From positions 420,001 to 452,000 of the forward strand of contig JASBSB010000006.1 in assembly GCA_030149205.1 (NCBI GenBank): a stretch of 32,000 nucleotides of DNA, read 5' to 3'. This document shows, one piece after another, positions 25,370 through 32,000 of the stretch (position 1 is the first letter of the stretch; each line of letters starts with the position of its first letter). Source of the stretch: Candidatus Heimdallarchaeota archaeon (GTDB lineage: Archaea; Asgardarchaeota; Heimdallarchaeia; Heimdallarchaeales; Kariarchaeaceae). The translations under genes and the position numbers were made by a program. Under the pieces are notes generated by a model. The model ran no database searches, was not told the DNA's origin, and saw nothing but the letters and a program-made list of their open reading frames with translations.

Positions 25370-25960
25370 ATGTCATTCCGGTCAAAGGTTTATCAAGTTA
25401 AGGGTGATAAAAGTCTGTTTCGGATTGCAATGTACGACAGCAATGAGATGGAGAGAGAAACTGCTGCGTACAATATTGAGGATGAGAATTATTTAAAAGA
25501 CCTATACTTAAGAAGCGAAGACGAATTTGTAAGAGTAATTGCGATTTCTCGGATTAAAGACCCTAAAATAGCCGAAGAACTAATAGAAAATTTGCACAAC
25601 CCAGAAGACCTTGGATATATTATCCAGAAAGTTAAAAACGAACAAATTCTTGAAAAGCTAATTCAGAACAGTCCTGTAGATATTCAACGTGAAATAGTGA
25701 AATCACTGAAGAAAGCAAAGGTCTTAAAACACATTGCACTTAATAATCCTGACAGCATTGTACGAAAAAGAGCTACTGAACGCATAAAAAATCAAAGAGT
25801 ACTAAAGAAACTTGTACTCTCCGATCCATCAATTTTGGTTAGACAAACTGCACTTGAGAAAATCTCATCTAAAGCTTTACTTCGAGAACTTGAGGGAAAA
25901 ACAAACGGTAATTCACAAAACCATCAATTTAACAATTCAGGAAATACAACTACTGCATAA
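25370..25960 (+). CDS. Alpha-helical solenoid protein with ~25-26-aa repeats (LRV/HEAT-like)
   Basis: Six repeats of the form LxxxAxxDxxxxVRxxAxxxIxD (e.g. KVLKHIALNNPDSIVRKRATERIKNQ / RVLKKLVLSDPSILVRQTALEKISSK). ATG at 25370 follows RBS AGGTGA, so the GTG at 25361 is part of the RBS. Confidence 0.8.
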   Translation: MSFRSKVYQVKGDKSLFRIAMYDSNEMERETAAYNIEDENYLKDLYLRSEDEFVRVIAISRIKDPKIAEELIENLHNPEDLGYIIQKVKNEQILEKLIQNSPVDIQREIVKSLKKAKVLKHIALNNPDSIVRKRATERIKNQRVLKKLVLSDPSILVRQTALEKISSKALLRELEGKTNGNSQNHQFNNSGNTTTA

Positions 25961-25978
25961 TAATCTTCATCTTTGGAA

Positions 25979-27142
25979 TCACAGACCAACCCAATCAATA
26001 CCTCTATGTCTTAATTCTTTGATGAATAAGTCTGAGGGAACAATTGACTCACCAGGAAGAACACCTTTAGAATTGATTTTCCCATCAGCAATAAATATCG
26101 CAATTATACTTATAGAATAACCTGTAGTTCTCTCCATTGCTGAAATTTTATTAGTGCTGTCATATAAATCGATCAGATCATATGTTTCTTCCTGTGAATT
26201 TCCGTTCTTGTTACCCGAGATTTTAATTCGGGCTATAACTGCATCCTCTTTATTTTTTGGTAAGTGCTCTTCTAAGAGTCTTTCTGTAGCTTGCCTTGGG
26301 TTTATTCCTAAGTTTTTATGAGTCAAATCATCCAGAAATCCAAATTCCTTTAAAAATCTAAAAAATTGAAAATGTCCGGGGTATCTCAGCGTCTTATATT
26401 CTAATGTCTCTATCTTCCCCTCATAGAGAGTAGGTAAAGATGAAGTTCCTCCTGCAGTGTGATATGCCTCAAGTTCACCCCAGGGTGAATCAAATTTGAG
26501 AACCTCTCCTTCTGTTAATGAAGGTATCTCTTGAATCTTTCCACCTCTAAGGACAACAGATTTTTCAAGATATTCGTTTGTTAATCCTCTTATCGAAAAA
26601 ACCTGCTGATACTTTAAAATAGATTCTGGTCTTTGTGGAAGTCCACCTACATATAGACTGCAAGTTTGAACACTTTCAAATGATGAGATTAAATGATTAG
26701 CGATAATATTTACCATCCCTGGTGCAAGACCACAATCAGGAATAATTGTGATGTTTGCCTTTTTTGCCTCTTCATCAAGTAAATGTTGTTTTTTTACGAT
26801 GTTTGGATTCCCACCTAAATCAACAAATGAAAAGTTATTTTCTATACAAAATTCCGAAAGAATCAGATTAAACTTGTAATCTATTGCTCCAATAACCACA
26901 GATACGTTATGTTTATTGAGCAACTTCCCAAGGTCATCAAAAACGTCTGAGGGGAATTCCGTACTTAGCGTAAATTGGAACAACTGTAATCTATCTTCAT
27001 ACCTTTTTAGTTTTGATTCTGTTAGTTTTATTTGTTCAGGATGGTATTCAATTCCAATCACATTTTTATTGGAATTGGTCAGAAGATCATAGCAAATTGC
27101 TCTGCCCATAAGTCCTAAGCCTAAGACTGAAAAATTACCCAT
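25979..27142 (-). CDS. Saccharopine dehydrogenase family protein (lysine 6-dehydrogenase-like)
   Basis: N-terminal VLGLGLMG Rossmann motif, FVDLGG, IIPDCGLAPG, VGGLPQ, GLTNEY, LEAYHTAGGTS, YKTLRYPGH, AMERTTGYS. Confidence 0.9.
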   Translation of the reverse strand: MGNFSVLGLGLMGRAICYDLLTNSNKNVIGIEYHPEQIKLTESKLKRYEDRLQLFQFTLSTEFPSDVFDDLGKLLNKHNVSVVIGAIDYKFNLILSEFCIENNFSFVDLGGNPNIVKKQHLLDEEAKKANITIIPDCGLAPGMVNIIANHLISSFESVQTCSLYVGGLPQRPESILKYQQVFSIRGLTNEYLEKSVVLRGGKIQEIPSLTEGEVLKFDSPWGELEAYHTAGGTSSLPTLYEGKIETLEYKTLRYPGHFQFFRFLKEFGFLDDLTHKNLGINPRQATERLLEEHLPKNKEDAVIARIKISGNKNGNSQEETYDLIDLYDSTNKISAMERTTGYSISIIAIFIADGKINSKGVLPGESIVPSDLFIKELRHRGIDWVGL

Positions 27143-27307
27143 AAGAGTGAGTAAGTAAATTATGTCTTAAAATATTTGTTTACATGCTATAATTAGATCC
27201 AAAACTTCTGTATGAGAGTGAGGTAAACCAAGAAAATTCAAATTTAAATGTATAAACAAACCATTACCAAACAAAAAATTTCTATTATTTACAAATTTAG
27301 TAACTTC

Positions 27308-27796
27308 ATGGGAATTCACCTGACTCAAAATCTTACTTTAAATTTATACAATGATATTATTCGGATTTGGGATGAAGTAGATCTTCCTTACAAACCAAAA
27401 GGAAGAGATTCGTTTGTAAATTTGCAACAAAGGTTAAAGCATACCCCAACATGGATAATGTTTTCTGTTAAGTCAGATCCTAAACAAATAAAAATAGAAA
27501 CTAGCCCAGATGAAATTGACAATTTTCTCCCCCTTCAAGGTGTGGTGATTGTTAGTCATGATGGTCAGCGTGGATGGATTAATAGACTAGCAGTTGGGAA
27601 AAGCTTTCAGAGAATGGGAATCGCTAGTTTACTGGTTGAGAAATCAGAAGAATTTCTAAGAACTCAACAAATTTACCTATTTGCAGCCTTAATAGAGGAT
27701 GATAATAGAACATCAAAGCTTCTGTTTTCGAAATTGAAATTTACTGAACATCAAGACATAATCTATTTCTCAAAGAGAGATTTTCCAGATATCTAA
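27308..27796 (+). CDS. GNAT family N-acetyltransferase (YpeA-like)
   Basis: IVSHDGQRGWINRLAVGKSFQRMGIASLLV (acetyl-CoA motif A), DNRTSKLLFSKLKF. The start may instead be the upstream ATG at 27248. Confidence 0.88.
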   Translation: MGIHLTQNLTLNLYNDIIRIWDEVDLPYKPKGRDSFVNLQQRLKHTPTWIMFSVKSDPKQIKIETSPDEIDNFLPLQGVVIVSHDGQRGWINRLAVGKSFQRMGIASLLVEKSEEFLRTQQIYLFAALIEDDNRTSKLLFSKLKFTEHQDIIYFSKRDFPDI

Positions 27797-27815
27797 TATA
27801 AGGTGAAAGAGATAT

Positions 27816-27971
27816 ATGACACTTACAATCATCTACCATCAATTTAAGCATAACCATGAGATTTTTTTTGAGCAGACGGAATTACCTCATGCTTTAAACC
27901 CATTCTCAAAATTCTTATTGATTGTGGATTTTCATTCCTGCTTTCAAGGTTTTAATGTTCAATTTGGATAA
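27816..27971 (+). CDS. Possible 51-aa small protein
   Basis: Below the ORF-track cutoff. AAGGTGA lies 9 nt before the ATG, 19 bp after the GNAT stop; MTLTIIYHQFKHNHEIFFEQTELPHALNPFSKFLLIVDFHSCFQGFNVQFG. No recognised family. Confidence 0.25.
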   Translation: MTLTIIYHQFKHNHEIFFEQTELPHALNPFSKFLLIVDFHSCFQGFNVQFG

Positions 27972-28196
27972 ATACTGGTGGTTCAATTCCAAAAGACTTT
28001 GTTGCGAGAACATATAGGCAGAAATTTTTAAAGTCCATTGGTGTTTTATGTAATTTAATAAATTCTCAGTACTTTACACTCTCTGAAATTTAATTTTTAA
28101 ATTGAAAATGAATCTAAGGTTTTCTCCCTTGTGTAAAGCCTGTGTTTGGTGAAATGTCCAAGATTTGTTAGACTTCCACACCCTATTCGATTAATA

Positions 28197-29164
28197 TTAC
28201 AAATTCCAGGTAAAACCAGTTGCTTTTTCCGATAAAGTCCACAACCTCTCTGCTACTGGTTTATCCAATGCATGTGGTTCTAATTTACATTCACCCACAG
28301 GTCCGACCCAATTACTTCTTCCAGTAGGACCATAGAAACCTTTCTGATCCAAATTAGGTTCTGAAGCACACATGACTAAGGGATAGGAACCTTTTTCTGC
28401 AGATTGTGTAAAGGGATACATCAGAAGAAAAGCAACCCTCATCATTAAACTACCACTGTTTTGATCAGCGAAGTTCTAGAACTTCCTGGATGACAGGCAT
28501 AAACTTTAACATCACTTTTGCCAGCTTTCTGCAGTCTGTCCTGTAATTCATAGACGGACATGATCTGAGCCAATTTGCTCTGGCTATAGGCATTATTACC
28601 ACTATAGTCTTTGTCCCAGTTCATATCATCAAACTTGATTGTTTTAATCCCCCATTTATAACCTTCACTTCCTACAGTCACGATCCGGCCTTTTGATTTT
28701 TCAATTAACGGAAAAAGCAAACCCTGTAGTAGGAAATGACCATAGTAATTCACACCAAGCTGGCTTTCAAATCCATCAACAGTGATTTGTTGGTTGGGTA
28801 TCTGGGCTATGGCAGCATTACAAATTAGTGCATCAATACGAGTTAGTTTTTCTAATATTTCTTCAGCAGCTTGCCTTACAGAAGACAAATCTGCCAGATC
28901 CATACGAATAAAAGATACATCGATCTTTTCACCTAACTCTCTTTTTAACTCTGAGATGGAATCAGTAGATTTTTGTGGGTTACGGTTTAACATAACCAAT
29001 TGTGCACCCTTGGAAAGAAGTATTTTTGATGCCTCAAATCCTGTGCCACTATTTGCACCAGTTATTAAATAAGTTTTCCCTTCAAGGGAACCAAGTCGCT
29101 CTGGTGTCCACCCCTTTTTTCCGAATTTTTTATCACTATTCATATGCAATTTATTGTCACTCAT
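28197..29164 (-). pseudogene. Short-chain dehydrogenase/reductase (retinol-dehydrogenase/WWOX-like) split by a single-base frameshift
   Basis: 28445..29164 has TGANSGTG, LICNAAI, YSQSK (catalytic YxxxK) and CHPG. 28197..28445 has the family C-terminus (QSAEKGSYP...FYGPTG...AERLWTLSEKATG). Inserting one A between 28457 and 28456 gives a continuous frame ...LIKTSGSLMMR.... Confidence 0.85.
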
Positions 29165-29232
29165 AATACGCTTGTCTCCTTTGTATAGGTCAAATCGATC
29201 AATTCAACTTGTTTAAGACAGAATAAAATCAA

Positions 29233-29295
29233 TTTAATAAAAACAACTTAATAGAGTTTATTAAAAATATTTCCCTCAAATAAAACAACTTATAG
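29233..29295. promoter_or_regulatory. Inverted and direct repeats in the divergent SDR/trmB promoter region
   Basis: TTTAATAAA (29233-29241) and TTTATTAAA (29257-29265) are inverted; AATAAAA(A)CAACTTA(A)TAG occurs at 29236-29254 and 29279-29295. Confidence 0.4.
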
Positions 29296-29332
29296 TTTTA
29301 ACTTTTATATATTATAAGGAGAGAGGTCTATT

Positions 29333-30151
29333 ATGTTACAGAAGTATGGTTTGAGCAACTATGAAAACAAAGTTTATCTCAAAATGCTGGAACTGGGTAA
29401 GGAAGATGCGAAAACCATATCTAAATTATCTGAAGTTCCTCAGGGAAGAATTTATGATATTTTGGAGTCCCTAATTGATAAGCAGCTTGTATTTCAAAAA
29501 TCAGGAAGGCCAAGGACCTATGAGGCAGTTGATCCAGAGACGGGAATAAATCTTCTGATTAACAAAAGGGAAACAGAATTGAAAAAAATGAAAGCAACAT
29601 CTACTGAAGAGATCAAAGAATTAGTTGGAAAATATCGTTCTCAGACTAGAGATAAATTATCTTGGAAAGTAGCCATTGGTGATGAAATCAAGGAAGAGTT
29701 CGCAGAATTATTGGCTAAGGCTAAACATGAAATTCTATCATATGTTGACGTGACCTCACAATACGATGGAATGAGAAATGAGTTATATCAGATCAATCAT
29801 ATATTGTCGAAACTTCAAAGCAAAGGAATTAAACTAAAAATAATTATAGGCATTGAAGTTATTGAGGCTTTAAATCATATACAGCATAATGATCCAGAGT
29901 TCTTTAAGATCCTTGACGCATATGATATTAGAATAACTCAAACTATAACAACCCCATTTTTTATCTTGGATGGTCAAAAATTATTGTTAAAAATATCACA
30001 ACCTACTAAAAGAACTGTGCCTTTGGCTGCCCTTTACATAGATGAACCAAAATTGGGAGAGTCAATGAAACGTGAGTTTAATGAAATGTGGGAGAATGGA
30101 GAGGAAATTGAGATGAGATTACAATTTAAACAAACCACAAAGCATTTGTGA
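29333..30151 (+). CDS. trmB: TrmB family transcriptional regulator
   Basis: N-terminal wHTH GLSNYENKVYLKML...ISKLSEVPQGRIYDILESLIDKQLV...GRPRTYEAVDP; C-terminal PLD-like effector domain (AKHEILSY, PFFILDGQKLL). Confidence 0.92.
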   Translation: MLQKYGLSNYENKVYLKMLELGKEDAKTISKLSEVPQGRIYDILESLIDKQLVFQKSGRPRTYEAVDPETGINLLINKRETELKKMKATSTEEIKELVGKYRSQTRDKLSWKVAIGDEIKEEFAELLAKAKHEILSYVDVTSQYDGMRNELYQINHILSKLQSKGIKLKIIIGIEVIEALNHIQHNDPEFFKILDAYDIRITQTITTPFFILDGQKLLLKISQPTKRTVPLAALYIDEPKLGESMKREFNEMWENGEEIEMRLQFKQTTKHL

Positions 30152-30221
30152 CTAAGGGAAAATGCTTCTCACCTCTGATTGGAAAAAGATGTTATAATTA
30201 TAAATTTGAATTCTTAGCCAT

Positions 30222-30248
30222 TCTTTTTTATCTTTTTTATCTTTTTTA
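30222..30248 (+). terminator. (TCTTTTTTA)x3 tandem T-tract, likely trmB terminator
   Basis: Three exact 9-bp units 70 bp downstream of the trmB stop, in a convergent intergenic region. Confidence 0.5.
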
Positions 30249-30433
30249 ATTTGTCACCAAGCTATCTGAACTAGAAATATCAACTTCAGTGATTTAAGAT
30301 TAAATAAAATTGATACAATACCTTTGAGAGTTAACTTACATATTAAATAAAAGTGGCAGTGATCTCTTCCAAAGTTTCTCCGAAACTCTCAATCATGACA
30401 TCAATTACCTTCAGTTATAATTCTATTTCCTCA

Positions 30434-30994
30434 TTAGCGTAATTCATCGTATCTAAAACAAGAGATAATGTGATCGTTTACCATACCTGTTGCCTGCATA
30501 AATGCATAGCAGATTGTAGGCCCTACAAATTTAAACCCTCTCTTCTTTAGTTCCTTGCTCATTTTAGTTGATTCTGGAGTGTTAGCAGGACTCTCGTCCT
30601 GATGTTCCCAGGAGTTTACTATTGTTTCATGACCAGTAAAAGACCAGATGAATCTATCGAATGAACCAAATTCATCTACTACCTCCAAATATTTCTGTGC
30701 ATTAATACGGAATGCTTCTACTTTTAACCTATTTCGTATTATGCTTGTGTCTGTTAATATCATTTTTAATTTTGGATCTGAATATGCAGAAATTTTATAG
30801 GGATCAAAATTTTCAAATACCTTACTGTATGATTCTCTTCTCTTAAGTATTGATAACCAAGTTAATCCTGCTTGTGCGCCCTCGAGTAACAAAAATTCAA
30901 ATAATTTTTTATCATCATGGAGAGGCACTCCCCACTCATAGTCATGATATTCAGTCATTAATTCATGTGAATTTGCCCAATCACATCTTTTCAT
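30434..30994 (-). CDS. tag: DNA-3-methyladenine glycosylase I
   Basis: RCDW...YHDYEWG...LFEFLLLEGAQAGLTW...IIRNRLK...KKRGFKFVGPTICYAFMQATGMVNDHIISC; Zn ligands C, H, H, C present. ATG at 30994 preferred over TTG at 31000. Confidence 0.96.
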   Translation of the reverse strand: MKRCDWANSHELMTEYHDYEWGVPLHDDKKLFEFLLLEGAQAGLTWLSILKRRESYSKVFENFDPYKISAYSDPKLKMILTDTSIIRNRLKVEAFRINAQKYLEVVDEFGSFDRFIWSFTGHETIVNSWEHQDESPANTPESTKMSKELKKRGFKFVGPTICYAFMQATGMVNDHIISCFRYDELR

Positions 30995-31052
30995 TAACAA
31001 TTGTCTCTGTTAATCTTAATAAGGTTGAAGATGCAAGGGCGAATTGACTAAT

Positions 31053-32000
31053 TTAAGAAACCGATTTGCTAGCATTAACAGGTGTATCTTCCACTGATGA
31101 TTTTATTCCCAGTCTCTCTCCAGTTTCAGCATCAAACATTAGCAGGCTTTCTGCAGGAATATGGACTGAAAGTGGAACCCCTAATGCGAGTTCATCGATC
31201 TTTTTGATATTTTCCTCCTCATTTATAATAAAGACATTTCCATTTTCTTGTTCAACCTCGAGTTGAACATATGTACCCATAAATGATTTATGTTTTACAA
31301 TGCCTGAAAGGGTGTTTTTAGTATCCTTTGGTTCGAGAACAAACGGGTCAAACCTACACATGAGCTTCACTTTCTTTTTAAGATAAGAGGAGTCGCTATA
31401 AGGAAGAACTAGTTCTAACTTTTCCCCACTTGAGAGTTCGACCTTACAAGTTCCTGAATTGATACTTTCCACAGAACCTTCAAAGATGTTGTTTTCTCCT
31501 ATGAATGTTGCGACAAAAAGATGATGAGGATCATGAAATATTTGAAATGGCGTTCCTATCTGTATTATTTCTCCCTCATTTAAAACTGCGATTCTATCAG
31601 AAATGGCCAATGCCTCTGTTTGATCATGGGTGACATAAACCACGGTGACACCTAAGGTCTTTGAAACGTCTCTGATCTCTTTTCGTAATTCAACTCTTAA
31701 TTTATAGTCCAAGTTTGAAAGTGGTTCATCACATAACAAAACCAGAGGTTCAATTGCCAAAGCCCTTGCCAGTGCGACCCTTTGCTGTTGACCTCCAGAG
31801 AGTTGTGTTGGATATTTATCACCCTGATTTGGGAGATGAACAAGATCTAACAGCTCATTAACCTTGGAAAGTATGAAAGATTTTGGTTTTTTTCTTAGTT
31901 TTAATCCAAACCCTATATTCTCTGAAACAGTCATATGCGGCCATAGTGCGTAATTTTGAAAGATCATCCCCATATCACGTTTTCTGGGTGGTAAATTGGT
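31053..32000 (-). CDS. ABC transporter ATP-binding protein, PotA/FbpC/MalK family with C-terminal TOBE-like domain (partial; 5' end beyond the window)
   Basis: Frame is open to the right edge (TNLPPRKRDMGMIFQNYALWPHMTV...); LSGGQQQRVALARAL, LLCDEPLSNLD, VVYVTHDQTEA, FVATFIGENN. Confidence 0.93.
   Translation of the reverse strand, partial: TNLPPRKRDMGMIFQNYALWPHMTVSENIGFGLKLRKKPKSFILSKVNELLDLVHLPNQGDKYPTQLSGGQQQRVALARALAIEPLVLLCDEPLSNLDYKLRVELRKEIRDVSKTLGVTVVYVTHDQTEALAISDRIAVLNEGEIIQIGTPFQIFHDPHHLFVATFIGENNIFEGSVESINSGTCKVELSSGEKLELVLPYSDSSYLKKKVKLMCRFDPFVLEPKDTKNTLSGIVKHKSFMGTYVQLEVEQENGNVFIINEEENIKKIDELALGVPLSVHIPAESLLMFDAETGERLGIKSSVEDTPVNASKSVS

Noticed and set aside
28445-28465. Programmed -1 ribosomal frameshift in the SDR
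   Set aside because: No X-XXY-YYZ slippery heptamer in frame and no evident downstream stimulatory structure; a simple indel is more parsimonious.
30330-30433. Protein-like minus-strand fragment LKVIDVMIESFGETLEEITATFI after tag
   Set aside because: Under 25 codons between stops, with no RBS and no recognisable family; cannot be supported.
189-31266. Short antisense or overlapping ORFs in the track (e.g. 189-374, 716-898, 2384-2593, 5242-5511, 7063-7254, 7735-7935, 9651-9866, 11145-11351, 11693-12049, 15370-15570, 15818-16018, 16244-16438, 19345-19554, 20971-21222, 21930-22238, 22283-22495, 23836-24218, 25812-26120, 28782-29072, 30850-31047, 31066-31266)
   Set aside because: All overlap confidently assigned genes, mostly on the opposite strand, and show no recognisable motifs; they are shadow ORFs.
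1-32000. CRISPR arrays, rRNA, IS elements, additional tRNAs
   Set aside because: No regularly spaced repeats, rRNA-like sequence, transposase ORF or terminal inverted repeats were seen; the other intergenic regions lack T-arm signatures. This was a manual reading, so short ncRNAs such as C/D box guides could have been missed.

Overview
An AT-rich archaeal chromosomal segment (by eye roughly one-third G+C). Archaeal origin is shown by tRNA genes with bulge-helix-bulge (BHB) introns, a TrmB regulator, GGTGA-type ribosome-binding sites and a solute-binding protein with a Ser/Thr linker and C-terminal membrane anchor. The LRR proteins, long coiled-coil proteins and an oxygen reductase suggest an Asgard archaeon (Heimdallarchaeia-like); this is inference, not a marker-gene call. 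Contents from left to right: a peptide ABC (Opp/Dpp) operon with an extended OppB and two inserted unknown genes; P5C dehydrogenase (pruA); a 1011-aa receiver/PPDK_N-type protein; a coiled-coil/winged-helix protein; tRNA-Gly(GCC); a MacB/LolCDE-type ABC pair; a two-subunit B-family heme-copper oxidase; an LRR protein; tRNA-Gly(TCC); a 545-aa coiled-coil protein; a second LRR protein; a DERA-like deoC abutting an ALDH16-type dehydrogenase; an LRV/HEAT-like repeat protein; a saccharopine/lysine dehydrogenase; a GNAT; a frameshifted SDR; TrmB; Tag; and a partial PotA/FbpC-like ATPase. The strongest observation, absent from the ORF track, is that both tRNA-Gly genes carry two introns each, at the canonical 37/38 site and at 59/60 in the T-loop, with splice motifs readable base by base. 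I saw no CRISPR array, integrase or intact transposase.
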